A model generated the notes under the pieces. That model was not told the origin of the DNA and did no database searches. It saw only the letters and a list, made by a program, of their open reading frames with translations. The translations under genes were made by a program, and so were the position numbers. A stretch of DNA of 64,000 nt from Vicinamibacteria bacterium (lineage in GTDB: Bacteria > Acidobacteriota > Vicinamibacteria > Marinacidobacterales > Marinacidobacteraceae), in assembly GCA_963555995.3 (NCBI GenBank), contig OY821641.1, forward strand, positions 1,408,001-1,472,000, read 5' to 3'. Shown here in pieces: positions 29,842 through 38,658 of this stretch (positions are counted from its first letter, which is position 1; every line of letters begins with the position of its first letter).

Positions 29842-30954
29842 GTGGACCCCGGAGGCGGGGGGACGCCTCTCCGCGGACGGGGAGCGGTTTCCAACCCCGC
29901 GGGCCGGTTCGAGGCGCTGCGCGAGGAGGCGTTCGACGACGGCTGGGATGCGCGCGATCCACCGCCCGAGCGCGTTCCCACCGAGGTCATCAACGACCGG
30001 ACGAAGACGATCATCGCCCGGAACGACTCCCCGGACATCCCCTTCGACCGCTCGATCAATCCCTACCGGGGCTGCGAGCACGGCTGCATCTACTGCTTCG
30101 CCCGGCCGAGCCACGCCTACCTGGGCTTCTCGCCGGGCCTCGACTTCGAGACGAAGATCGTGGCCAAGCCGGAGGCGGCGAACCTGCTGCGCCGCGAACT
30201 CCGGAAGCCCGGCTACCGGGTCGGCCCGCTGGCGCTCGGCTCGAACACCGATCCCTACCAGCCGGTCGAACGGGAGCTCCGCATCACCCGGCAGATCCTC
30301 GAGGTGCTGGGCGAGGCGCGCCACCCCACCGGCATCGTCACCAAGTCGGCCCTGATCCTCCGGGACCTCGACCTCATCGTCCCGATGGCCGAGGAGGGCC
30401 TCGCCCAGGTCATGGTCTCGGTGACGACGCTGCGGCGGGACCTGGCCCGCACCATGGAGCCCCGGGCGGCGGCGCCCGAGCGGCGGCTCGCCACCATCCG
30501 GACGCTCCGGGAGGCCGGGGTGCCGGTGGGCGTGCTGGCCTCGCCCATGATCCCGGCGCTCAACGACTCGGAACTGGAGGCGATCCTGGAGGCGGCGGCG
30601 GAGGCGGGCGCCGGGTCCGCCGGGTTCATCCTGATCCGGCTGCCGCACGAGCTGAAGGAACTCTTCTCCGAGTGGCTGGAGACCCACGTTCCGACCCGCG
30701 CCGCGCACGTCGAGAGCCTGATCCGGGATACGCGCGGCGGCCAGCTCTACGAGGCGAAGTTCGGAGACCGGATGCGGGGGCAGGGACCCTACGCGGAGTT
30801 GCTTGCCAACCGTTTCCGGGTGGCGGCGCGGCGTTACGGCCTCGACCGGAAGCATCCCCTGTTCCGCCTGGACCTCTTCCGGCCGCCGCGGGCGCCCGGC
30901 GCGCCACGGTCGTTGTTTGACAAAGTAGCCCCTCCACAGGAGGAGTCGCCATGA
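29842..30954 (+). CDS. PA0069/Rv2578c family radical SAM protein
   Basis: RGRGAVSNPAGRFE, INPYRGCEHGCIYCFARP, NTDPYQP. Confidence 0.93.
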   Translation: MDPGGGGTPLRGRGAVSNPAGRFEALREEAFDDGWDARDPPPERVPTEVINDRTKTIIARNDSPDIPFDRSINPYRGCEHGCIYCFARPSHAYLGFSPGLDFETKIVAKPEAANLLRRELRKPGYRVGPLALGSNTDPYQPVERELRITRQILEVLGEARHPTGIVTKSALILRDLDLIVPMAEEGLAQVMVSVTTLRRDLARTMEPRAAAPERRLATIRTLREAGVPVGVLASPMIPALNDSELEAILEAAAEAGAGSAGFILIRLPHELKELFSEWLETHVPTRAAHVESLIRDTRGGQLYEAKFGDRMRGQGPYAELLANRFRVAARRYGLDRKHPLFRLDLFRPPRAPGAPRSLFDKVAPPQEESP

Positions 30955-32165
30955 GCAACGCTTCGCGCCCGGTTTCCGCCGTGCTCGTCCCGGCCGCCAT
31001 CGTGCTTTCAAGTTGGGCCGCCGCCGCTACCGCCCAGGATGGCTCGCGCGCCCGCGATCTTGGCGTGCCCTTCGACGGCACTCCCGGACCGCTCAACGCG
31101 ATCACCGACATCGCCGGGATCGAGGTGGGTCACCACACGATCATCCGCGGGGAAGGGGAACTGGTGGTCGGCGAGGGACCGGTACGCACCGGAGTCACCG
31201 CGGTGCTGCCACGCGGGCGCGCCAGCCGGGGGCGCGTCTTCGCCGCCTGGTTCACCCTGAACGGCAACGGCGAGATGACCGGGACCACCTGGCTCCGCGA
31301 CCGGGGGATCCTCGAAGGGGCGGTGATGATCACGAACACCCACAGCGTGGGCGCCGTGCACGAGGCCACCATCGCCTGGGCGCAGGCGAACCTCGACGCG
31401 CCCGACTGGAGCCTGCCGGTGGTCGCCGAGACCTGGGACGGGTTCCTCAACGACATCAACGGCTTTCACGTGCGGCAGGAGCACGTCTTCGCGGCGCTGG
31501 ATTCGGCCCGGGGCGGACCGGTCGCCGAAGGATCGGTGGGAGGTGGCACCGGGATGCGGACCTTCGGCTTCAAGGCCGGGATCGGCACCTCCTCCCGGAT
31601 CGTGGAGGCCGGGGGCAACGAGTACGTGATCGGCGTGCTGGTGCAGTCCAACTTCGGGAGCCGGAACCTGATGACGGTCGCCGGGGTCCCGGTAGGGCGG
31701 GAAATCCCGGACCTGACGCCCGAACGGGGTCCCTTCGACGCCTCGCCGGGCGAGGATGAAGACGACGGCTACGGGCGGGACGGCTCGATCATCATCGTCG
31801 CGGCCACCGATGCGCCGCTCCTCCCCCACCAGCTCAACCGCTTCATCCGCCGCACCACGCTGGCGCTCGGCCGGGTCGGCAGCATCGCCTCGAACGGCTC
31901 GGGCGACATCTTCATCGCCTTCTCCACCGCGAACGAGGAGGCCGCCCACAACGAGAGCGGGGTCGCCCCGCTCGAGAACCTCGCCAACAACAACATCAAT
32001 CCCCTCTTCGAGGGGGTGGTGCAGGCGACCGAGGAGGCCATCGTCAACGCCGTGGTGGCGGGCCGGGACATGGTCGGGGTCAACGGCCGCCGGATCTACG
32101 GGCTGCCGCACGACCGGCTCCGCGACATCCTCCGGCGATACAACCGGCTGAGCGAACCGGAGTAG
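30951..32165 (+). CDS. dmpA: P1/S58 family aminopeptidase (DmpA-like)
   Basis: GPLNAITD, VRTGVTAV, NGNGEMTG, EGSVGGGTGM, DG/SII cleavage site, GSGDIFIAFST. Confidence 0.9.
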   Translation: MSNASRPVSAVLVPAAIVLSSWAAAATAQDGSRARDLGVPFDGTPGPLNAITDIAGIEVGHHTIIRGEGELVVGEGPVRTGVTAVLPRGRASRGRVFAAWFTLNGNGEMTGTTWLRDRGILEGAVMITNTHSVGAVHEATIAWAQANLDAPDWSLPVVAETWDGFLNDINGFHVRQEHVFAALDSARGGPVAEGSVGGGTGMRTFGFKAGIGTSSRIVEAGGNEYVIGVLVQSNFGSRNLMTVAGVPVGREIPDLTPERGPFDASPGEDEDDGYGRDGSIIIVAATDAPLLPHQLNRFIRRTTLALGRVGSIASNGSGDIFIAFSTANEEAAHNESGVAPLENLANNNINPLFEGVVQATEEAIVNAVVAGRDMVGVNGRRIYGLPHDRLRDILRRYNRLSEPE

Positions 32166-32190
32166 TCGCCGCCGGGGCTCGGCGGGCGGC

Positions 32191-33780
32191 TCAGCGCCGG
32201 TGCGGTGGGGTCCCGTAGGGGTAGAACTCGCTCAGGTCCACGTTCTCGTAGGGCAGCGCGTCGAGGAAGGTGGTCCCCACGAACGGTTCGGGCGCCTCCA
32301 CGATCTGGATGGTGCGCGCGTAGCCGGTCTCGTCGAAGCCGCGCCGGAAGTGGACGCGGGACTTGACCACGAACACCTCGTAGTCCTCGGGGTTGATCGG
32401 CCCGATGCGGAACGCCTCCGGGTAGAGCACCTGTTCGTAGGCGGGAACGAGGAAGACGACGTTGCCGTCGCCGAAGGAGACGACCGCGATCCGGTCGTAG
32501 CCGAAGCCCTCGTCGAAGTACTCGAGGGTCCCGGTGATCCGCCGGGGCGAGCCGCCGGAGGGGGTGAAGCCGCCGATTTCCTGGTCGAAGGGGTCGCCCG
32601 GCTGGGCGTCGGTGGCTGCGAGGGTCTCGAGGGTGGCCGGTGAAGAGATCGTGCCGTAGAGCGTATTGCCGATGCCCGCCGCCAGGAAGGCGTTCAGGAT
32701 GTGCGTCGCGTCGCCGGGACGGTCGCTGTGGTCGCCCACCGCCACCGGCGTCTCCCCGGCGGCGATGGCCGCCGCCACGATCCGCGCGGCCTCCGCGGGT
32801 CGGGGATAGGTGCCGAGGGCGAAGTCCTCGCGGACCCGCCAGATGAAGTCGTCCATGTCGTCGGCGATCCGGTCCGCGAGTTCCTGGTCGCCGTTCGTCA
32901 TGACGTGGACGGTCGCGCCCACGTCGGGCACGTCCGACCAGGGATAGCCGTAGAAGACGCTCACCCAGGCGTCGTGCTCGCGCGCCTCCCAGCGCCGCGC
33001 CCGCTCCATGATGTCCATCGCGGGGGACTGGCCGGTCCACTGCAGCACGGTGGCGGTGATGACCCCCGGTTTGCGGGTCGCGGTGGTGGGCTCGTACTCG
33101 CCCCGCGCGGTGATCCGCAGCGCGCGGGCGGCGCGTTCACCCTGGATGTAGGAGTCGTAGTGGGGGAAGCGCTTGGTCACGAAGGCGAAGTCGGCATGCT
33201 CGAGGAACTCCCCGTCCTCGTTCCCGTGCAGGTCGAAGGTGCCGGCGATGGGCACGTCGGGACCGACGATCTCACGGAACCGGCGGGCGATCTCGGCTTC
33301 GGGACGCGGGACGTCCCGCACCGCCATCGCCCCGTGGAGCGCGAGATAGACCCCGTCCACCGGCAGTTGTTCCTCGAGCTCGGCGAGCATCGCGTCCAGG
33401 AAGTGGTCGAAGGTCTCCCTGGTATTCCAGCTTCGTGAGGAGCCCCCGAACACTCCCACCGGCGAACTCAGCGGTACGAGCTCCACGTCGCCGAACTCGC
33501 GGGCGCGCTTGACGAAGCCGCCGACGTAGCCGCCCGACCCGAGCAGCGCCTCGCCGGAAACGGGCTCGCTGACCTGAAGCCAGTCGTCAATTTCGGTGTC
33601 GCCGCCGGGACAGAAGGTGCAGGTCTCGTGCGCGAAGCGCGCCACCGCGATGCGGAGGTTGGGTTCGGCGGGAGGGGCGCCGCACGCGCAGAGCGCCGCG
33701 GTCGCGGCGGCGGCCAGCAGCGCCAGCCGCAGGAGTCGCCGGTCGGCGGCGGGGTGATCTGAAAACCGGTTTCGCATCAT
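32191..33780 (-). CDS. M81 family metallopeptidase (MlrC-like), probable lipoprotein
   Basis: HETCTF, LALHGAM, FDLHGN, FPHYD, VKSRVHFR. Confidence 0.9.
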   Translation of the reverse strand: MMRNRFSDHPAADRRLLRLALLAAAATAALCACGAPPAEPNLRIAVARFAHETCTFCPGGDTEIDDWLQVSEPVSGEALLGSGGYVGGFVKRAREFGDVELVPLSSPVGVFGGSSRSWNTRETFDHFLDAMLAELEEQLPVDGVYLALHGAMAVRDVPRPEAEIARRFREIVGPDVPIAGTFDLHGNEDGEFLEHADFAFVTKRFPHYDSYIQGERAARALRITARGEYEPTTATRKPGVITATVLQWTGQSPAMDIMERARRWEAREHDAWVSVFYGYPWSDVPDVGATVHVMTNGDQELADRIADDMDDFIWRVREDFALGTYPRPAEAARIVAAAIAAGETPVAVGDHSDRPGDATHILNAFLAAGIGNTLYGTISSPATLETLAATDAQPGDPFDQEIGGFTPSGGSPRRITGTLEYFDEGFGYDRIAVVSFGDGNVVFLVPAYEQVLYPEAFRIGPINPEDYEVFVVKSRVHFRRGFDETGYARTIQIVEAPEPFVGTTFLDALPYENVDLSEFYPYGTPPHRR

Positions 33781-34055
33781 TTCCTGTCCTCGTGAGTGGG
33801 TGGTTGGGGGATGGCGCGCGTCCGGGCGGCAGCGCCACGATGGTCACGCCGATCAGGATCCGGTAGCCGACGTTACCCGCGGCGAGAGGATACGCGCATT
33901 GGCCCTCCTCGCATGACGATGGCCCGGCGGGATGCCGGCCATGACGCGGCGGCGGATTCGGAGTCCAGCGACTTGCCGGGTGGTGCACGCGATCGGAGCC
34001 GGCCGTGGTGGCTCGTTGGCGGGGGCGTGGGGTGCGGTCCCGCGCCGGGTTCGGA

Positions 34056-34084
34056 TTGCGCGGCGCAGCCGCCACTCCTATACT
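34056..34084 (+). promoter_or_regulatory. Sigma70-like promoter upstream of the structured RNA and NYN gene
   Basis: TTGCGC-17 nt-TATACT. Confidence 0.55.
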
Positions 34085-34088
34085 CCGA

Positions 34089-34220
34089 TCGCGAAAGACG
34101 AACACGACGCCTGGTTAGCGTCACCCATCCAAAGAAGGGCCTTGTTGCCCTCACGCGGCCAGGCGTCAACCTTGCGAACAGAAACGGGACGCGGAGGGAG
34201 ATCCTCCGGACCGCGTTCCC
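34089..34220 (+). ncRNA. Candidate structured RNA upstream of the NYN gene
   Basis: GACGCCTGG (34106) pairs with CCAGGCGTC (34159-34167), enclosing hairpin AGGGC-CTTGTT-GCCCT; second hairpin at 34186-34220. Confidence 0.45.
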
Positions 34221-34334
34221 CGGCTTGGGCTCGCTGGCCGAGAGACCGGAATGGCTGGCGGTCCGGCGTCGGCGTCCGCCTGGCTGCGATCGGCTGGCGC
34301 ATTCCGCCCGGCCCGGGTGGAGGAGGAGGCACTC

Positions 34335-35015
34335 GTGCGGAGGGCGGCGCTGCTCATGGACGGCGGGTACGTCATCAAGAAGTTGGAGGGGCCCCGCCAT
34401 CGGTTCCCGTCTGCGACAACCATTCGGCGGCTGGCTGCGGAACTGGTTTCCGAGGCCGGTCTGCTGAACCTCTATCGGGTTTTCTTCTACCACGCCGATC
34501 CTTACCGCGGCTCGCTGCGGAGGCCGATGTTGGGGGAGCGAATCCACTTTGAAAGCACCAGGACGGCTCGAGACCACCGTCGGCTGCTCCAGGAGTTGGA
34601 AGGATCACGGGATTTCGCCGTGCGCCGCGGTGAAGTGGTGTTCCGGGGCTGGCGCATCCGCCGGGCGGTGCAGCGCCAGCTCCAGGCCGAGCCCGAGAGG
34701 CCGATTGCGGCCGGCGACTTCGTCCCCGACCTGGTGCAAAAGGGCGTAGACATGCGGATCGGCCTCGATATTGCCGCGCTGGCGCTCAAGCGGCTGGTGG
34801 ATACCGTCGTTGTGGTGAGCGGCGATGCCGACATGGTTCCCGCGATGCGTTTCGCACGCCGGCAAGGATTGCGGGTGGGACTCTGCACCCTCGGCGTCCG
34901 GGGAGCCAACCGCGAACTCCGCGCCCATGCGGACTTCATGCTGGACTGGACACCGGAAACGGCGCCCGCCGCTACGGCCGCCGCCGTTCCCGTTTCGCCA
35001 GCATCAGGTCACTGA
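34335..35015 (+). CDS. NYN domain (LabA/DUF88, PIN-like) ribonuclease
   Basis: RBS AGGAGGAGG; LLMDGGY, YRVFFYHADP, QKGVDMRIGLDIA, VSGDADMVPA. Confidence 0.92.
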   Translation: MRRAALLMDGGYVIKKLEGPRHRFPSATTIRRLAAELVSEAGLLNLYRVFFYHADPYRGSLRRPMLGERIHFESTRTARDHRRLLQELEGSRDFAVRRGEVVFRGWRIRRAVQRQLQAEPERPIAAGDFVPDLVQKGVDMRIGLDIAALALKRLVDTVVVVSGDADMVPAMRFARRQGLRVGLCTLGVRGANRELRAHADFMLDWTPETAPAATAAAVPVSPASGH

Positions 35016-35943
35016 GCTTCTGCCCTTGCCCGGGCTCCGACCAGGGGCAGACCTCGATGCAGATGGCGCAGCCGTAGGTCTTGGTGAAGTAGGGAACGCA
35101 CTTGTCGAAGTCCACGTACCAGCGCTGCTCCCCCCGGATCCACTGTTTTTCCTCGTGGATCGCGTCGGGGGGGCAGTCCATCACGCAGCGGCGGCAGCGC
35201 GTGCAGACGTCGTCCACCCCGATGTCCCGCGGGGCGTCCAGCGCGAGCGGCATGTCGGTGAGGACCGCGGCGAGCCGGAAGTTGGAGCCGTGCTCGCGGC
35301 TGATCATCGAGCCGTGCTTGCCGAGTTGGCCGAGTCCCGCCCGGACCGCGAGCGGGATGTGGAGGATGTCGGTGGCGTTCGGGTCGCCATAGGCCTTGGC
35401 GGGGAAGCCCCGGCGGCGGATCGTCCTGCCGAGCCGCATGGCGATGAGGCCGATCCGGCGGTAGGTCCGCATCACCTCGGCCGCCCCGCGGGGGCGCGCC
35501 GCATGCGCCATTTCCTCCCGGACCATCGGGAGCCCGATGCAGATGGCGGTGTGGTACGGCGCCTCGCGCCCCTCGAAGACGTCCGTTTCCCGGATCTCGG
35601 CGATCCCGACGAGGCTCGCCCCCGCGGCGCGGGCGGCGCTCTTCACGAACGCGGCATTCGCCTCGGGGCCTTCGTCCACGACCCGGCGCGCCACCGGGCC
35701 CCGCTCCTTCCGCAGCTCGAACTTGTTGAGGAGCCGGTGCCGCACCACCTGCCAGGGGTTCACGCACATGAAGAAGTCGTCGAGTCCCTGCCATTCGATG
35801 GGTCGGCTCGAGTCGGCGTTGTGGAACACCTGGGTGGCCCGGCGCGGCTCGCGTTCCCCGAAGCCGTTGATCTCGTTGCCCGAGCGCGGCGGAACCCGGT
35901 AGCCGAAGGCGTACTCGGCGCGCGGGACGTCGCGGATCTTCAT
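34972..35943 (-). CDS. Reductive dehalogenase / QueG-like cobalamin + 2x[4Fe-4S] protein
   Basis: GASLVGI, HIPLAVRAGLGQLGKHG, FRLAAVLTDMPL, CTRCRRCVMDCP, CAICIEVCPW. Confidence 0.85.
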   Translation of the reverse strand: MKIRDVPRAEYAFGYRVPPRSGNEINGFGEREPRRATQVFHNADSSRPIEWQGLDDFFMCVNPWQVVRHRLLNKFELRKERGPVARRVVDEGPEANAAFVKSAARAAGASLVGIAEIRETDVFEGREAPYHTAICIGLPMVREEMAHAARPRGAAEVMRTYRRIGLIAMRLGRTIRRRGFPAKAYGDPNATDILHIPLAVRAGLGQLGKHGSMISREHGSNFRLAAVLTDMPLALDAPRDIGVDDVCTRCRRCVMDCPPDAIHEEKQWIRGEQRWYVDFDKCVPYFTKTYGCAICIEVCPWSEPGQGQKLSDLMLAKRERRRP

Positions 35944-35953
35944 CGCCAGGCGG

Positions 35954-36169
35954 TCAGCTCGCGTCCTCTTCCGGTTCTCGGCGGAACGGGCCGTGGTCCA
36001 GCCAGATCGTGCCTCCGGACCGCTCGGCCGCGGCGTAGCGGCGCCGCACCGCGCGCCCCACGGTGAGGAAGAAGAAGACGAAGCGGAACGAAGCGAGGAA
36101 GAACCGGAGCGTCTGGAACCGGCGGAAGAGGAAGCCGCCGAGGCCGCGCGCGGTTTCGTCGAGGGGCAT
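35954..36169 (-). CDS. Small hypothetical protein with a Phe-rich hydrophobic segment
   Basis: 71 aa, MPLDETARGLGGFLF...; GGAGG upstream; ends 10 nt before the RdhA-like start. Confidence 0.55.
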   Translation of the reverse strand: MPLDETARGLGGFLFRRFQTLRFFLASFRFVFFFLTVGRAVRRRYAAAERSGGTIWLDHGPFRREPEEDAS

Positions 36170-36307
36170 CCGGGGCTCAGCCCTCCGTCGCGAGACTTCG
36201 TGAACGCCGAATCGCGGCGCGTAGCGCCGCGGGGGTGGGGTGTGGGGAGGGGTTTCCCCTCCCCACGAAAGATGGTGGCGTGTATCGCGTAGCGATTGGC
36301 GCCACCG

Positions 36308-36399
36308 CCCCGTGGTGAGAACACCCCGCACCAGCCACCGGAAGTCCCGCCTGCCGGATCTGCAGGTTCGTAGGGGTGCGGGGCGTTCTCACCACGGGG
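36308..36399. repeat. 25-bp inverted repeat (REP-like pair or terminator)
   Basis: CCCCGTGGTGAGAACACCCCGCACC and GGTGCGGGGCGTTCTCACCACGGGG, one mismatch; GTAG precedes the right arm. Confidence 0.75.
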
Positions 36400-36402
36400 C
36401 TG

Positions 36403-38490
36403 TCAGTTGCCGCCGGTGTCCGGCTCGGGATCCTTGAGCCGGACCGCCCAGAGGCCGCTGTTGAAATCGGCCAGGAAGATCGTGCCCTTGTGGGGCTGGG
36501 GGCCCCAGGTGAAGGCGGCGTTCGCGAGGAACCCGTCGTTGTCCTCCGGGAAGAAGCGGGCGATCTGGCGGCCCTGCCGGTAGAGGTCGCCGAGCAGGTC
36601 GCCCGAGACGTCCACGACCCGCAGGCCGGCGTCGTAATAGCCGACGTACATGATCTCCTCCTCCCAATCCACCCAGAGGTTGTGCGGCCCGGAGTCGGCG
36701 AGCTCGAAGCGGGCCACCTCCTCGGGGTTCTCCGGGTCGGTGAAGTCCACGAAGTGGAGCCAGCCCTTGGCCCGCGAGGGGATGCCCTCCTCCCAGAGGA
36801 TGCCGCCCCCGTCGGGCCGGCGCGGGTTCAGGTAGAAGGCCTCGTCACCGCCGATCACGTAGAGCTTGCCCGTCGAGGGGCTGCGGAAGGGCCACACGGC
36901 GTGGTTCCAGCCCGTGATCTGCGGGAAGCGTCCCATCTCGACCGGGGTGTTCGGGCTGCCGCCCAGGCCGCCGCCGCCCACGTCCACCATGATGAGGCCG
37001 TCGCTGCGGCCCGCCTGGTAGGCGATGCCGTCCCGGATCCAGACGTCGTGCACCGACCGTCCGGGGGTGTCCGTCTCGAAGCGGGACACCCGGAACGGGT
37101 TCCGGGGGTCCTCCACGTTCACCACGTCCCAGCGCCGGCCGTTGTTCACCGCATAGACGTGGTTGTTGTCGAGGAAGACGTTGTGCACCCCGCCGGTGAG
37201 CCCCTGGTCGAAGGAACTCAGGATCTCGGCGTCGTGCGGATCGGTGCAGTCAATCATCACGATCCCGTTCCGCCGGTTCGAGGCGCCCTCGCGGCTGATC
37301 ACGCAGAGGGTCCCGTCCTCGGAGACCTTCACGTCGTTCACGGTGCGGGCGTCCACCTGGACCGTGTCGATGAGTTCCATGTTCCGGGGGTCGGTGACGT
37401 CGTAGAAGTAGGCGTGCCCCTCGGCGTTCCAGGTGCCGTGCACCGCGTAATCGCGCCCGTCCACGCCCTCCCAGACCCAGAGGTCCCCGGTCACCCGGTC
37501 GGAGACCCGGGCGTGGCCGAGGAACTCGACCTCGCGCTCCACGTTGCGGGGGACCACCCGGACGGTCCGGCGGGCCAGCCGGTCGCCGCTCATCGCCACC
37601 ACGGTGTACACCCCCGGCTGCTCCGCGACGAACCGCCCGTCGGGCGTGACCTGCGCCGCCGCGCCGGCCCCGAGCGACTCCGGCCGGAACGCGTCCGGAC
37701 GGGACTCCACCGCGAACCGGATCGCCGGACCCGTGATCTCGTCCCCGGAGGCGTCGAGCGCGGCGGCCCGGAACTGCAGCACGTCCCCGGTGCGGACCTC
37801 GGTCCGGTCCGGCGCTTCGAGCGCCACCCGGGCGGTCGGATTGGGCAGGACCTCGACCTCGTGGTAGATCGTCATCTCGCCGTGCATGGCGGCCACCTGC
37901 ACCGACCCGGCGGTGAGGAAGGACGCCATCCCGACCTGGTCCACCACGGCGATGCTGCTGTCGCTGGTGGCGTAGCCCGCCTCGAGTCCGCGGCGGACCG
38001 CTCCCGCCGCGTCGCGTCCCGCGAGCGGGAATCGCACCTCGGTGCCCGCCCACACCCGGGGCGGCGCGTCCTCGAAGAAGATGTCGGCCAGCGAGGGGGT
38101 GCTCACGCTCACCCGGATCGAAGCCCGCAGGCCGGGGTCCCGGCTGCTGTAGTAGTCCCAGTTGCCGTCGAACGCCTGGTCCGGCAGCAGCGCCGTGACT
38201 TCGTGCTCCCCGGGCTGGTTCGCCGAGACGTGTCCGCCCGGCGTCACCGTCAACGCCCGCCGGTTGCCGGAGAAGAAGACCACCCGGGCGTCGGCGACCG
38301 GGTTGCCGGCGTTGTCCGTCACCGTCGCCGTGAGTTGCGCCGTTGCGCCGATCTCGAGGGTGAGGGCCGCGGGCTCGATGACGATGGTGGCGCCGGGCCG
38401 CGCCTCCTGGCCCGAGGCCGCGCCGAGCGCGAGGCTGAGCAGAGCGGCGGCCGCGGCGGCGCGGCGAAAGCGGATGGACGGACGGGGCAT
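36403..38490 (-). CDS. Exported Ig-like domain + LVIVD-repeat protein
   Basis: Signal peptide, Big_2-like repeats, DLWVWEGVDGRDYA, VNDVKV, GGVHN, HNLWV, GLWAV. Confidence 0.85.
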   Translation of the reverse strand: MPRPSIRFRRAAAAAALLSLALGAASGQEARPGATIVIEPAALTLEIGATAQLTATVTDNAGNPVADARVVFFSGNRRALTVTPGGHVSANQPGEHEVTALLPDQAFDGNWDYYSSRDPGLRASIRVSVSTPSLADIFFEDAPPRVWAGTEVRFPLAGRDAAGAVRRGLEAGYATSDSSIAVVDQVGMASFLTAGSVQVAAMHGEMTIYHEVEVLPNPTARVALEAPDRTEVRTGDVLQFRAAALDASGDEITGPAIRFAVESRPDAFRPESLGAGAAAQVTPDGRFVAEQPGVYTVVAMSGDRLARRTVRVVPRNVEREVEFLGHARVSDRVTGDLWVWEGVDGRDYAVHGTWNAEGHAYFYDVTDPRNMELIDTVQVDARTVNDVKVSEDGTLCVISREGASNRRNGIVMIDCTDPHDAEILSSFDQGLTGGVHNVFLDNNHVYAVNNGRRWDVVNVEDPRNPFRVSRFETDTPGRSVHDVWIRDGIAYQAGRSDGLIMVDVGGGGLGGSPNTPVEMGRFPQITGWNHAVWPFRSPSTGKLYVIGGDEAFYLNPRRPDGGGILWEEGIPSRAKGWLHFVDFTDPENPEEVARFELADSGPHNLWVDWEEEIMYVGYYDAGLRVVDVSGDLLGDLYRQGRQIARFFPEDNDGFLANAAFTWGPQPHKGTIFLADFNSGLWAVRLKDPEPDTGGN

Positions 38491-38658
38491 GGTGGAACTC
38501 CTTGAACCGGAGGCGGACGCTCCGGAGCGGCGGGCTGTCGAAATTAGCGGAAACGCCTCGATCCATGCTACGCGCGGCCTCCGGGCGCCTCCCCGAACGG
38601 TCCGGCAGACCGCGATCGGGCCCGCGCGCATAGGATTCCGCACTCCACCCCGGTATCC

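Noticed and set aside
33790-33910. Hydrophobic minus-strand fragment (PLAAGNVGYRILIGVTIVAL) as a gene remnant
   Set aside because: Too short, with no start or recognisable family.
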